The position numbers and the translations under genes are program-made. 64,000 nucleotides of DNA from Gammaproteobacteria bacterium (GTDB lineage Bacteria > Pseudomonadota > Gammaproteobacteria > Chromatiales > Chromatiaceae). The stretch is taken from NCBI GenBank assembly GCA_009929855.1, contig RZZN01000017.1, positions 371-64,370 on the forward strand. The letters are read 5' to 3'. The notes below the pieces were generated by a model that saw only the letters and a program-made list of their open reading frames with translations, searched no databases and had not been told where the DNA came from. Positions 46,862-56,930 of the stretch are shown here, piece by piece. Position 1 is the first letter of the stretch. Each line of letters begins with the position of its first letter.

Positions 46862-47182
46862 TCCTCAGTCTCTTCAAGGTTGGAACGAAACCGATCCAGC
46901 GCGGCCATCAAGACACCCAGACCCGATAACCGACCCCTGGAGGTGGTTACTCCCGACCGCGGATCGGTTAAGCTGATAGCGGGGAGCAGACCCGCATTCG
47001 CCGCTGCCGCCCCTCCAGTATAACGCCGGGGCGCCCCTGGGTTCGGTCACCGGTCGGCACCCAGCGCGACAGCGCGCGCGACGACTCGCGCCACGACCTG
47101 CGCGCATGGGCTTGACCCGTCGGCGACAGCAGCCCCCAGAACGTCTCGAACACTCTATGATTCTTCTTCGAGGAGGAGTTGA

Positions 47183-48046
47183 ATGCCTGACACGACTCGC
47201 ACGATGATCTTGACCTCTGCGGCAACCCTGGCCCTCCTGCTGGCCCAGGGTCCCCTGGTCGCCCAGGAGGTCGCCCAGGAGACGGACACGCCGCCGGCCG
47301 CGGCGGCGCAACCTGCGCCGGCTGCTGAGCCAGCGGCCGCGCCGGCCCCCGCCCAGACACAGTCTCCCGCCGAGGCGGCCCGCGCCAAGGCCGATGAGCG
47401 TCGCGCCGCCATGATGGCCGAGCGCGACAAGCGCTACGAGGAGCTGCGCGCAAGCGCGGCCGAGCTCGGACTCGACCTGCCAGCCGCGCCACCATGGACG
47501 GCGGCGGATTGGTCGATGCCCCCCATGCCAGAGCCGCCAGCCTATCACGGCCACTCGAGCCAGGAGATGGATGCGATGCGCGAGCAGCATCGGACCATGC
47601 GTGAGCAGATGCGCTCGATGTCACCGGAGGAGCGTCGACTCATGCGTGAGGCCTACTGGCGGCAAGTCCAAGCCGATGCCGCCGAGCGCGGGATCGAGAT
47701 GCCGGAGAGCCCGCCCTGGCCCGAGGCTGATCTGCGTCGCAAGGAGATGGAGGAGCAATACGAGAAATATCGCCAAACCATCGATCAGATGACCAAGGAG
47801 CAGATCGAGGCCGCCCGTGCCTTGTTCGGCAATCTGCCTCAGATGCCTGAGCCCCCGGCGATGCCGCCGTTTGGACAGGGCTACGGTCAGGGTCCGTGGG
47901 GAGGCCGTCCGAGCGTCGAGGGTTATGGCTATCCGAGCGACCCGCGCGGCCTGCGGGAGGCACCGAGCATGACCTACCCGAACATGCCGAGATATGAGCA
48001 GGGGCCGCCACCGCCCTACGGATCGGGTTACGGCTCAGGCTACTGA
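47183..48046 (+). CDS. Secreted low-complexity protein (Ala/Pro/Glu/Met-rich, Gly-Tyr-rich tail), unknown function
   Basis: GAGGAGGAG SD. Signal peptide MILTSAATLALLLAQGPLVAQE. Contains PAAAAQPAPAAEPAAAPAPAQ, helical Met/Glu/Arg blocks with LTxxQ-like turns (MTKEQIEAARALF), and a C-terminal GQGYGQGPWGG..GYGYP..YGSGYGSGY. Confidence 0.65.
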   Translation: MPDTTRTMILTSAATLALLLAQGPLVAQEVAQETDTPPAAAAQPAPAAEPAAAPAPAQTQSPAEAARAKADERRAAMMAERDKRYEELRASAAELGLDLPAAPPWTAADWSMPPMPEPPAYHGHSSQEMDAMREQHRTMREQMRSMSPEERRLMREAYWRQVQADAAERGIEMPESPPWPEADLRRKEMEEQYEKYRQTIDQMTKEQIEAARALFGNLPQMPEPPAMPPFGQGYGQGPWGGRPSVEGYGYPSDPRGLREAPSMTYPNMPRYEQGPPPPYGSGYGSGY

Positions 48047-48088
48047 ACGAACCGGGCGACCTGCACTGCCGGCCATCGGCCGGTAGTG

Positions 48089-48721
48089 TCATGGATCGAA
48101 GGTAGGCTCCACCGGCCCTGCTGGCTCGATCGCCAACCAGCGATCGAGCAGTCCTTGAGTCTGCGCGACCCCGTGCAGACGTGTGGCGGAGAAGAGCACC
48201 ACCTCGACTTGCCCGCCCCATTGAGCGGCCGTCTGTTGCACCGACAGACGGGTCGCGCTCGCGGCACCCTGCTTGAGCTTGTCCGCCTTGGTCAGCAGCA
48301 GCAACACCGGCAAGCGTGCGCGCGTGCTCCAAGTCAGCATCTGGCGATCGAGCTCGGTGAGCGGGTGGCGGATGTCCATGACGATGACGAGACCAACGAG
48401 CGAGCGGCGCCGCTCCAGATAAGCGGCCATCTGATCCTGCCATTGGCGCTTGATCGACTCGGCGACCTTGGCGTAGCCGTATCCGGGTAGATCAACCAGT
48501 CGGCGATGCTCATCCAGACTGAAGAAGACCAGCTGTTGGGTCCGCCCCGGCGTCTTGCTCGCTCGCGCGAGCCCATTCTGATGGCAGAGTGCATTGATCG
48601 CGCTCGATTTACCGGCATTGGAGCGACCCGCGAAGGCAACCTCTCGACCCGTATCGGCGGGTGCCCGAGCGAGCTGCGGTACGGCGCTCAAGAAGCGGGC
48701 ACCTTGATAGAAGGGGTTCAT
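48089..48721 (-). CDS. engB: Ribosome-biogenesis GTPase YihA/EngB
   Basis: ORF trimmed to MNPFYQGARFL. G1 GRSNAGKSS, G3 DLPGYG, G4 TKADK. Confidence 0.9.
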   Translation of the reverse strand: MNPFYQGARFLSAVPQLARAPADTGREVAFAGRSNAGKSSAINALCHQNGLARASKTPGRTQQLVFFSLDEHRRLVDLPGYGYAKVAESIKRQWQDQMAAYLERRRSLVGLVIVMDIRHPLTELDRQMLTWSTRARLPVLLLLTKADKLKQGAASATRLSVQQTAAQWGGQVEVVLFSATRLHGVAQTQGLLDRWLAIEPAGPVEPTFDP

Positions 48722-48758
48722 CTTGTGTGGACCCACGCGGGACTGATGGGAGCGCCGA

Positions 48759-49247
48759 TCAATTCCAACACTTGGCAGCGCAGAAGTGCAGATGATCCCA
48801 AAGACGCGCGGTCCAGGACGGCTTGGGCAGAGTGGCCAGCACACCGGCGTCGAGAAAGAAGCGGCTGTAGTCACGATCGCTTTGGACGATATGGTCGAGC
48901 AGCCAGTGCCTGAGATGGCGCATCAGCGCCTCGTCGATCGGCGCTGCCTCCTCGGCGAGCCGACGCTGCAGATCCAGCATGCTGCGCACCAGGCCCTCGT
49001 GCTGACCCTTGTGACGCTCGTAGCCGGGGTAGCCGAGGATCCGCATGAGGCTCTCCTCGACCGCGAAATGGATCTTGGTGTACTCGGCGAGCCGGGCAAG
49101 CGCCTCGATCTGGACTTCGCGCTCCAGATCGCGGGCCAAGGCGTCCTGCAGTTCGTTGATCAGGTCGATCAATGCGCGATGCTGGGCATCGATCTCCTCG
49201 ATCCCGACACTCAGCGTATCTGTCCAGTCCACCCAGTTGCTCATCAT
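48759..49247 (-). CDS. Bacteriohemerythrin
   Basis: ORF trimmed to MMSNWVDWTDTLSVGIEEIDAQHRALIDLIN..HFAVEE..YERHKGQHE..WLLDHIVQSDRDY. This shows the His/Glu/Asp diiron ligand pattern. Confidence 0.85.
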   Translation of the reverse strand: MMSNWVDWTDTLSVGIEEIDAQHRALIDLINELQDALARDLEREVQIEALARLAEYTKIHFAVEESLMRILGYPGYERHKGQHEGLVRSMLDLQRRLAEEAAPIDEALMRHLRHWLLDHIVQSDRDYSRFFLDAGVLATLPKPSWTARLWDHLHFCAAKCWN

Positions 49248-49251
49248 GGCC

Positions 49252-49779
49252 TCATTTCGACACGCGCGCGTCGCGGGTCGTCTCCGGGGTTCCGGCGACA
49301 GGATCGCCATCGCTCACCCAGTGACCCGAGCGCCCGCCAACCTTCTCGAGCAATCGCACACGCTCGATGCTCATCCCACGATCGACCGCTTTGCACATGT
49401 CATAGATCGTCAGCAAGCTGATCTGGACCGCGCACAGTGCCTCGATCTCGACCCCGGTCGGTCCCCGAGTCTCGACAGTGGCGCAACAGCGCACGGCCGC
49501 GTGCTCGCGCTGAGGCTCCAGGTCGATGGCGACACGGGTCAGGCTGATCGGGTGACACAATGGGATGAGATCGCTGGCGCGTTTCGCGGCCATGATGCCC
49601 GCGATCCGCGCGACACCCAGCACATCACCCTTGCGATGCCCCCCGCTCAGGATCAGCTCGAGGGTCGTCGGCAGCATCCGGATCCAGCCCTCGGCCATGG
49701 CCCGGCGAAGGGTCGCGACCTTGTCACCCACGTCCACCATGTGGGCCGCGCCATCTTGGTCGAAGTGGGTGAGCGGCAT
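49252..49779 (-). CDS. moaC: Cyclic pyranopterin monophosphate synthase MoaC
   Basis: ORF trimmed to [62 protein letters not shown]. Confidence 0.92.
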   Translation of the reverse strand: MPLTHFDQDGAAHMVDVGDKVATLRRAMAEGWIRMLPTTLELILSGGHRKGDVLGVARIAGIMAAKRASDLIPLCHPISLTRVAIDLEPQREHAAVRCCATVETRGPTGVEIEALCAVQISLLTIYDMCKAVDRGMSIERVRLLEKVGGRSGHWVSDGDPVAGTPETTRDARVSK

Positions 49780-49781
49780 GG

Positions 49782-50330
49782 TCAGAAGGCCGGTTTCTCC
49801 GGTGCTTCCTCGAACATGCGAACGCTGTTCATGATCTCTTCGCGTGCCTCGTCGCGTCCGCCCCAGCCTTCGACGCGCACCCATTTACCCTCGTCCAGAT
49901 CCTTGTAATGCTCGAAGAAGTGAGCGATCTGATCGAGTAGATGGGGCGGCATGTCGCGGAAGCTCTCGATGTTGCGATAGCCCTTGAACAGCTTGTCGAT
50001 CGGCAGCGCCAGGATCTTGGCGTCATCCCCAGACTCGTCGGTCATCTTCAGGACCCCGATCGGCCGACACTTGATGACCGAGCCAGAGATGAGCGGATAG
50101 GGGGTGACCACGATCACGTCGACCGGGTCGCCATCCGAGGAGAGTGTGCGCGGCACATAGCCATAGTTGCAGGGATAGTGCATCGCCGTGGACATGAAGC
50201 GATCCACGAACATGGCACCGCTGGCCTTGTCCATCTCGTACTTGACTGGCTCGGAGTGTGACGGGATCTCGATGATGACGTTGATCTCGTTGGGGACATT
50301 GTCGCCCCGTGGCAGATTTTTGGGATCCAT
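49782..50330 (-). CDS. ppa: Inorganic pyrophosphatase (family I)
   Basis: [45 protein letters not shown]. Confidence 0.95.
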   Translation of the reverse strand: MDPKNLPRGDNVPNEINVIIEIPSHSEPVKYEMDKASGAMFVDRFMSTAMHYPCNYGYVPRTLSSDGDPVDVIVVTPYPLISGSVIKCRPIGVLKMTDESGDDAKILALPIDKLFKGYRNIESFRDMPPHLLDQIAHFFEHYKDLDEGKWVRVEGWGGRDEAREEIMNSVRMFEEAPEKPAF

Positions 50331-50594
50331 GATTGATCTCTGAGGTTCGGTTTAGACCCCCGACGCGCTCTCGGCTCGCGGACTCGCGACAAGCCAGATG
50401 ACGCGGGGTTGGCGCGGCAGCATCCGATTGTAGCCCATCAGCGGTCGAGAAATCCCAATCATCGGGATTCAGCCACGCCTCGCCGCTGGCGGTGAGACGT
50501 CCTGGCAGTGTCGACGCCTGCATCGGCCGCCGCACGGTGGCTTGCGGCACACCGCGCGGATCACCTGAACAGGGTCGAGCCGCCGACTGGTCGA

Positions 50595-51848
50595 TCAGAG
50601 CTCGAATGGCGCGAGCTTCTTCTCCACCGCGAGGTTCTTGAGAGTGACATATCTGGGCAGGCCGTTCTCGAAAGGCGGATAATCCTCACCCTGGATCAAG
50701 GGGATCAGATAGTCCTTGCACGCCTGCGTGATCCCGAAGCCGTCGGCCGAGATGAATTCACGCGGCATGAACTTTTCGACGTTGGCCACTTGAGACAGTT
50801 GGGCCTCGCCGACCTCCCAGCGATAGGGATCCTGACTGACCCGCTTCACGGTCGGCATCACCGCATTGTGGCCCTCCAGGGCAAATTCGACCGCCGCCCG
50901 CCCCATCGCGTAGGCCTGCTCGACATCGGTCTTGGAGGCGAGATGACGGGCCGCGCGCTGCAGATAATCGGCGACCGCCCAGTGAAACTTGAAACCCGTG
51001 GCCCCCTTGATCAGGTTGGCCACGACTGGCGCGGCACCACCCAATTGGGCATGGCCAAATGCATCGCGCGTGCCTTGCTCGGCGAGGAAACGTCCATCCG
51101 GATATTTCGCCCCCTCGGAGACGACGATCGTGCAAAAGCCGTACTGCGCGACCTTGTGCGTGACCGCGTCCAGGAAGCGCGCCTGGTCGAATGCGATCTC
51201 GGGGAAGAGGATCAGCACCGGGATGTCGTGGTCCTCGATCAGACCGCCGGCCGCCGCAATCCAACCAGCGTGACGGCCCATGACCTCCAACACGAAGATC
51301 TTGGTCGAGGTCATGGCCATCGAGCGGACATCGAAGGAGGCCTCGAGGGCCGAGGTGGCGATATATTTGGCCACCGAGCCGAATCCTGGACAGTTGTCGG
51401 TGATCGGCAGATCGTTGTCGACCGTCTTGGGCACATGGATGGCCTGCACCGGATAACCCATGGCCTCGGAGAGCTGCGAGACCTTGTAGCAGGTATCGGC
51501 CGAATCGCCACCGCCATTGTAGAAGAAGTAGCCGATGTCGTGCGCCTTGAAGACCTCGATGAGACGCTCGTACTCGCGCTTGTTGGCCTCCAAGCTCTTG
51601 AGCTTGTAGCGACAGGAGCCAAAGGCACCAGAAGGCGTGTAGCGCAGGGCGGCGATCGCCTCGTCAGACTCGCGACTGGTATCGATCAGATCCTCGGTCA
51701 GCGCCCCGATGATGCCGTTGCGGCCCGCGTACAGCTTGCCGATGCGCACCGAATGGAGCCGCGCGGTCTCGATCACGCCACAGGCCGAGGCGTTGATCAC
51801 CGCGGTCACTCCGCCGGACTGGGCGTAGAAGGCATTCTTGGCTGTCAT
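50595..51848 (-). CDS. 6-phosphofructokinase, ~420-aa PFK-family type (probably PPi-dependent; not provable by eye)
   Basis: FYAQSGGVTAVINAS, NGGGDSADT, PKTVDNDL, MGRHAGWIA. Its size and N-terminus resemble the methanotroph/Chromatiales PPi-PFK group as I remember it. Confidence 0.85.
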   Translation of the reverse strand: MTAKNAFYAQSGGVTAVINASACGVIETARLHSVRIGKLYAGRNGIIGALTEDLIDTSRESDEAIAALRYTPSGAFGSCRYKLKSLEANKREYERLIEVFKAHDIGYFFYNGGGDSADTCYKVSQLSEAMGYPVQAIHVPKTVDNDLPITDNCPGFGSVAKYIATSALEASFDVRSMAMTSTKIFVLEVMGRHAGWIAAAGGLIEDHDIPVLILFPEIAFDQARFLDAVTHKVAQYGFCTIVVSEGAKYPDGRFLAEQGTRDAFGHAQLGGAAPVVANLIKGATGFKFHWAVADYLQRAARHLASKTDVEQAYAMGRAAVEFALEGHNAVMPTVKRVSQDPYRWEVGEAQLSQVANVEKFMPREFISADGFGITQACKDYLIPLIQGEDYPPFENGLPRYVTLKNLAVEKKLAPFEL

Positions 51849-52183
51849 GTGGATCCCCCTGTTGTCGATTGATCGGATTGATGCGTGCTGAATCCAGTGC
51901 CGACACCTGAAGCCGCAGCTCGCGGGCCACGGCCGGATAGGTCACGGCAGCATTGCTCGGCGCGAAAGTCGGCCTGGGATCCGCGCGGCGACCTGCCGAG
52001 CGCCCAGATGGCGGCCAGCGCGCTCGCGCCAGGTCGAGCGCGGGATGCCTGCGCGGTCTCGGTGAGGTCCGGGATGCTGGTCAGATCACTCGTCTCTGTC
52101 CGCTTGCGCGAATCAGCTGTCTGCCGTGGCGGCTAAGATAAAGCAAGCGCGCTCCAAATGCATGGTACGCGCGCCGCGCCACG

Positions 52184-53443
52184 CTAGTGGCCGACCCGGG
52201 TCAGTCGCGGTAGATCTCCGCGCAACCCCAGTGCATGCATCATGAAGACCTGTTTCAAGGGAGCGAGGTGGTCGGTCAGCGTCAGACCCAGGCTGCGGGC
52301 CCCGGCCAGCGGGGGGAGCGCGTTGCTGAACAGACGCTTGAGCAGGTCCATGGCGGTGAGCATGACGAGGTTGTCACCGCGGCGCGCGCGCTCGTAATGG
52401 CGCAACGCCCAGAGACCACCGAGATCACGGCCATGCGCGAGCGCGCGGTCGATGGCATCGACGAGCGCAGCCGCGTCGAGCAGGCCCAGGTTGACACCCT
52501 GGCCGGCCAGTGGATGGACGGCATGCGCGGCATCGCCGACCAGGGCCAGACCGGGCAGCACGTATTGCTTGGCGTGCTGGAGTCTGAGCGCGATGGCGGC
52601 CCGCGGACTCCTCAGCTCGAGCGGGCCGAGCCGCGACTCGGTCGCCTCAGTCAGGGCTGCCGCGAAGTCCGCGTCGGTCATGGCGAGCAGCTCGGCCGCG
52701 CGCGCCTCGGTGGCCGACCAGACGATCGAGCAGTGCCCGTTGGCGAGCGGCAGCAGGGCCACCGGCCCAGTCGGCAGGAAGCGCTGCCAAGCGGTCTCCT
52801 GATGCCATTGACTCGGTTGGACGGTCGCCACGATGGCGCGTTGATCGTACTCCCAACCCTCGGTCTCGATGCCGACCAGCTGCCGGATCAGCGAGTCGCG
52901 GCCGTCGGCGGCGATCAGCAGACGCCCGCTCAATGCGCGACCATCGGTGAGCAGCAGGTGCGAGCCGCTTGGCGTATGCGTCAACTCGGCGATCGCGGCG
53001 GGACACCAGAGTGTCACATCCGGGCAGCGCTCCAAGGCCTCCCAGAGCGCCAGCTGGATGACTCGATTCTCGACGATATGGCCGAGATCGGGCTCGCCCA
53101 GCGCCGCGGCATCGAAGCGCAGGGTCCCGCCCCCGACGCCATCCCAGACACACATCTGACGGTAGGGACTGGCCCCGAGCGCGAGGATGCGCGACCAGAC
53201 ACCCAGACGCCCGAGGATGCGCTGGCTGGCCCGATTCAGCGCCGAGACGCGCAGATCGATCTCGCCGGCCGGCCAGTGGCGCTGGGGCGCCCGGGTCTCG
53301 ATCAGCGCGATCCTCAGACCCTTGCCGGCACAGGCGCGGGCCAGGGTGGCGCCGACCATGCCACCGCCGACCAGGATGAGATCATAGTGTGGCGGTGCGC
53401 TGGCCGGGGTTGTGGACTCATCCTGATGGGGATGATGTGACAT
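52184..53443 (-). CDS. ubiI: UbiH/UbiF/VisC/COQ6-family flavin monooxygenase (UbiI-like by synteny)
   Basis: ORF 52184..53803 trimmed to MSHHPHQDESTTPASAPPHYDLILVGGGMVGATLA (GxGxxG). Also GDAAHAVHPLAGQGVNLG. Overlaps the ubiH 3' end by 26 nt. Confidence 0.8.
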   Translation of the reverse strand: MSHHPHQDESTTPASAPPHYDLILVGGGMVGATLARACAGKGLRIALIETRAPQRHWPAGEIDLRVSALNRASQRILGRLGVWSRILALGASPYRQMCVWDGVGGGTLRFDAAALGEPDLGHIVENRVIQLALWEALERCPDVTLWCPAAIAELTHTPSGSHLLLTDGRALSGRLLIAADGRDSLIRQLVGIETEGWEYDQRAIVATVQPSQWHQETAWQRFLPTGPVALLPLANGHCSIVWSATEARAAELLAMTDADFAAALTEATESRLGPLELRSPRAAIALRLQHAKQYVLPGLALVGDAAHAVHPLAGQGVNLGLLDAAALVDAIDRALAHGRDLGGLWALRHYERARRGDNLVMLTAMDLLKRLFSNALPPLAGARSLGLTLTDHLAPLKQVFMMHALGLRGDLPRLTRVGH

Positions 53444-54668
53444 CGACTCTCTCCAGAGTGAGACCGCGGGCCAGACGCGGCAGACGCCCGTCGATCCCCA
53501 TGAATCGCCGCGCCAACCGGCGGCGCGCAGGTGGCAGCAGATCCAATCCGAGCAGCGCGAGATCGCGGGCCAGTGCGAGCGGCGGCCAGGGATTGGCGAA
53601 GCCGCGCGCGAGCAGATCGGTGAGCCGCGCGGTGCGCTCCTGATCCGTGCCGCGCCATGCGCGATAGTCCGCCAGGGCCGCCGGCCCACCCGGATCGGCG
53701 CCGGCGCGTACCGCCTGGACCACCGACTCGGCGAGCGCGGCGACATCGCGCAGACCCAGGTTGAACCCCTGACCGGCCACCGGATGTAGGGTGTGGGCGG
53801 CATTGCCGATCAGCACCACGCGCGACCGCACCGGGTTGCGCGTCAAGACGAGCCGCAGTGGATAGGCCTGCCGCGGCGCGACCTGTTGGAAGTGGCCGAG
53901 ACGATAGCCGAAACGTGCTTGCAGACGCTCCAGGAAGGCCTCGTCCGAGCGCATCAATAGCTCGGGCGCCTGCTCGGATCGACAGGTCCAGACCACCGAA
54001 TAGCGTCCCTCGGTCATCGGCAGCAAGGCGAGTGGTCCAGTGTCGGTGAAACGCTCGTAGGCGACACCGACGCGCGGGTGCCGCGGCGTGACCGTGGTGA
54101 TGATGGCATCCTGACCATAGGACACCTCGTGGATCTCGCATCCAAGCTGCTGGCGCACCGGCGAATCGCCACCATCGGCGGCCACCAGCAGCGCCGTGCG
54201 CGGACGCAGGCACTCACCCTCGCGCATGATCTCGAGCTCGACGCGCTCACCCGCCACGCGGTGCCCGATGATGCGCGCCGGGCAGAGCAGATCGACATCC
54301 GGGGCGGCCGCCAAGGCGGCGCGGATGGCCATCCCCATGACCCGCGCCGGGGTGACATAGCCGAGCGCGGCCACGCCGGCGTCCTCGAGGTCGATGCGTG
54401 CCAGACCAAAATGACCAAGGTCCGAGACATGGACCTGGAGGATCGGCTCGGCCTCCGGGGCGATGGCCGACCAGAGCCCGATCGACTCGAAGATCACCCG
54501 ACTGCCCCAGGACAACGCGATCACGCGCTCGTCATAGCTCGGCTGACGCTCGGCCGTCGCCGCCACGGCCTCCACGACCGCGATGCGCAGACCCTGACCC
54601 GAGAGCGCGCACGCCAAACTGCCGCCGACCAAGCCGCCGCCGATGATGACCAGATCATAATCGCGCAT
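53418..54668 (-). CDS. ubiH: 2-octaprenyl-6-methoxyphenol hydroxylase UbiH
   Basis: MRDYDLVIIGGGLVGGSLA..GNAAHTLHPVAGQGFNLG. Positioned after pepP, as in E. coli. Confidence 0.85.
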   Translation of the reverse strand: MRDYDLVIIGGGLVGGSLACALSGQGLRIAVVEAVAATAERQPSYDERVIALSWGSRVIFESIGLWSAIAPEAEPILQVHVSDLGHFGLARIDLEDAGVAALGYVTPARVMGMAIRAALAAAPDVDLLCPARIIGHRVAGERVELEIMREGECLRPRTALLVAADGGDSPVRQQLGCEIHEVSYGQDAIITTVTPRHPRVGVAYERFTDTGPLALLPMTEGRYSVVWTCRSEQAPELLMRSDEAFLERLQARFGYRLGHFQQVAPRQAYPLRLVLTRNPVRSRVVLIGNAAHTLHPVAGQGFNLGLRDVAALAESVVQAVRAGADPGGPAALADYRAWRGTDQERTARLTDLLARGFANPWPPLALARDLALLGLDLLPPARRRLARRFMGIDGRLPRLARGLTLERVDVTSSPSG

Positions 54669-54700
54669 GTCTGCTCCGCTCGCTTCGCCAGGCCAGTCGA

Positions 54701-56023
54701 TCAGGCCTCATCCTTGAGCCCGCCCGCCATGAGTGACTCGATCTCATCCGGATCCTTCGGCACCCCCGCGGTGAGGATCTCGTTGCCGCTGTCGGTGATC
54801 AGGACATCATCCTCGATGCGGATCCCGATCCAGCGATAGGGCTCGGGGATGAGGTCGGCCGCGCCGAGGTACAGACCCGGCTCGACGGTCAGCACCATGC
54901 CGGGCTCGAGCGTCCGCCAGTGGCCGCCACGCTTGTAATGGCCGACATCGTGGACATCCATGCCGAGCCAGTGTCCGGTTCGATGCATGTAGTAGGGCCT
55001 GTGCGCCCCATCCTCGATCAGCTTGTCGAGCGGGCCCGAGAGGATACCGAGACCGATCAGCCCCTTGGTCAAGACCCTGACCGCCGCGTCATGAGGCTCG
55101 TTCCAGTGATGACCCGGCTTGGCCTTGGCGATGGCCGCGAGCTGGGCCTCCAGCACCAGCTCGTAGAGCCGGCGCTGGGCGGGGCTGAAGCGACCATTGA
55201 CCGGAAAGGTCCGAGTGATGTCCGAGGCATAGCCGTCGAGCTCACAACCGGCGTCGATCAGGACCAGGTCACCGTCGCGCAGCTCCGCGCGGTTGTCGAC
55301 ATAGTGCAGGACACAAGCATTGCGACCACCGCCGACGATCGGAGGATAGGCCTGGAAACGCGCGCCGCCGAGTGCGCACTGGTGCTGGAAATGGGTCTCG
55401 AGGGTCGACTCGCCCAGACCAGGACGGCAGATCCGCATCAGATGCCGGTGCGCCGCCGCGGAGATCGCGGCCGCGCGGCGCATCAGCTTGATCTCGGCAG
55501 GGCTCTTGCGCAGACGCATCTCGTGGAGCAGGGACTCGATGGTCACAAAGGTGTCCGGCGCGCTGCCCCCGGCGCGCGCTTGGGCGCGCACCCGGTTGAC
55601 CCACCCCAGCACGCGGGTGTCGAGCGCCGGGTCGGCTCCGATCGCGTAATAGAGTCGCTCGCGACCATCGATCAAGGTCGGCATGATGGTGTCGAGCTCA
55701 CTCAACGGATACGCCTGATCGACCCCGAAATCGGCCATCGCTCCGTCCACCCCGATCCGCGCCCCATCCCACTGCTCGCGCTCCGGGTCGCGCGGCCGAC
55801 AGAAGAGGATGAATTCGCCCCCGCGGCGCTTGGGCGCCACCACGGCGATCGCGTCGGGCTCGGGGAACCCGGTCAAATAGAGGAAATCGCTATCCTGACG
55901 GAAGGGATACTGGACATCGCGGCTGCGCGTGAGCTCGCGCGACGCCACCAGGATGGCCAGACCGCTGGGGCCGATCGTGCGCGCCAGCGCCCGGCGCCGA
56001 CGCTTGTACTCGGCGGGCGTCAT
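54701..56023 (-). CDS. pepP: Xaa-Pro aminopeptidase PepP
   Basis: ORF trimmed to MTPAEYKRRRRAL. FRQDSDFLYLTGF. Metal ligands in DAGCELDGYASDITRT, HGTGHWLGMDVHD-type region, and VEPGLY..GIRIEDD. Confidence 0.92.
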   Translation of the reverse strand: MTPAEYKRRRRALARTIGPSGLAILVASRELTRSRDVQYPFRQDSDFLYLTGFPEPDAIAVVAPKRRGGEFILFCRPRDPEREQWDGARIGVDGAMADFGVDQAYPLSELDTIMPTLIDGRERLYYAIGADPALDTRVLGWVNRVRAQARAGGSAPDTFVTIESLLHEMRLRKSPAEIKLMRRAAAISAAAHRHLMRICRPGLGESTLETHFQHQCALGGARFQAYPPIVGGGRNACVLHYVDNRAELRDGDLVLIDAGCELDGYASDITRTFPVNGRFSPAQRRLYELVLEAQLAAIAKAKPGHHWNEPHDAAVRVLTKGLIGLGILSGPLDKLIEDGAHRPYYMHRTGHWLGMDVHDVGHYKRGGHWRTLEPGMVLTVEPGLYLGAADLIPEPYRWIGIRIEDDVLITDSGNEILTAGVPKDPDEIESLMAGGLKDEA

Positions 56024-56589
56024 GATCGTACCACGGCGGGCGCGGCGACCCGCTCCTGATAGATGAGCAGTGCCGCGACCCGAGTGAATTCGATCAGCTC
56101 GGTCAGATCCTGCTCGTTCTCTTCGTGCTCGTCGAGCTGCGTGAGATCCATCTGCGTCATTTGTATGAAATCCCGTAGGATCTCGCCGATCAGTCCGGTG
56201 GGCGCGGAGGCATCCGCGCCGAGCAAGCTCCAGGCGTAGAGAAATCCGCGCACCCAATCGTAGAGCGCGGTGGCGCGCTCGGCCAGTGGTCGATGATCGT
56301 CCGGGACGAGGAGACTCAGACCAAGCTCGGGGCCGGTCAGCTCCTCGCGCGTCGCGCGCGCGAGCACACGCAGTGCCTGCTGCCCCGAGCGCCCATCCTG
56401 ATCGTCCTCAACATCCGCGTCAGCGGGCGCGAGTTGGGACAGCCAGGTCGATTCAGCGTCTGGGTGACCGCCGCAGATCAAGCCGCACAAGATCCCGTGT
56501 GCCTCGCTCGGGCTGGGGCACAACTCGGTCGCCGCCAGGACGCTGGCGATGCGTTCGTCGTCGATGTTCGTGGTGGCCTCCTCACGCAT
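56020..56589 (-). CDS. ygfB: UPF0149 family protein YgfB
   Basis: ORF trimmed to MREEATT. SPSEAHGILCGLICGG and LYDWVRGFLYAWS are typical. Stop/start overlap with pepP (ATGA). Confidence 0.85.
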   Translation of the reverse strand: MREEATTNIDDERIASVLAATELCPSPSEAHGILCGLICGGHPDAESTWLSQLAPADADVEDDQDGRSGQQALRVLARATREELTGPELGLSLLVPDDHRPLAERATALYDWVRGFLYAWSLLGADASAPTGLIGEILRDFIQMTQMDLTQLDEHEENEQDLTELIEFTRVAALLIYQERVAAPAVVRS

Positions 56590-56720
56590 GGGCGCGGCGT
56601 GGCGTGTCGAGTGCGGCGCGGTACTGGGGTCGAAGCGGAATCTTAACATGGGTCTACGCACGATTGACCGTCCTCCCGCCCCCTTCTATAGTGCGGTCAA
56701 CTTCAAGGGAGTCCAGGATT

Positions 56721-56930
56721 TTGGCTAATTTCGACCTCGACCTACTGGAGCACCAAGTGGATTCGCTGATTCGCCTGAATCAGCGTCTGCGCGAGGAGAA
56801 TCGCTCGCTGCGCGCGCGCCAGGATGCCCTGGTCGCGGAGCGTGGCGAGCTGATCGAGAAAACCGAGCAAGCACGCAGCCGCATCGAGGCGATGCTGTCG
56901 CGGCTGCGCGCGATGGAGGAGAGTCTGTGA
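56721..56930 (+). CDS. Small coiled-coil protein upstream of zapA (ZapB-like / TIGR02449-like)
   Basis: TTG start after GGGAG. (M)ANFDLDLLEHQVDSLIRLNQRLREENRSLRARQDALVAERGELIEKTEQARSRIEAMLSRLRAMEESL. Overlaps the zapA GTG start. Confidence 0.6.
   Translation: MANFDLDLLEHQVDSLIRLNQRLREENRSLRARQDALVAERGELIEKTEQARSRIEAMLSRLRAMEESL

Noticed and set aside
46930-47050. Nested hairpins (CTGGAGG..CCTCCAG enclosing GGAG/CTCC, ACCG/CGGT and GCGGG/CCCGC) in the divergent region between the phosphohexomutase gene and the secreted-protein gene. I considered whether this is a structured ncRNA or riboswitch.
   Set aside because: I could not match it to any RNA family I know (SRP, RNase P, tmRNA, or common riboswitches). 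Short G/C stems arise easily at this GC content. It would need a cmscan against Rfam to revisit.
51849-52183. A 335-bp gene-free gap between the pfk-family gene and the ubiI-like gene. Part of it has coding-like GC3 on the minus strand (..DLTSIPDLTETAQASRARPGASALAAIWALG..).
   Set aside because: There is no usable start codon, an in-frame TAG lies just upstream, and I recognise no motif. It could be a decayed gene remnant, but that is not supportable from sequence alone.
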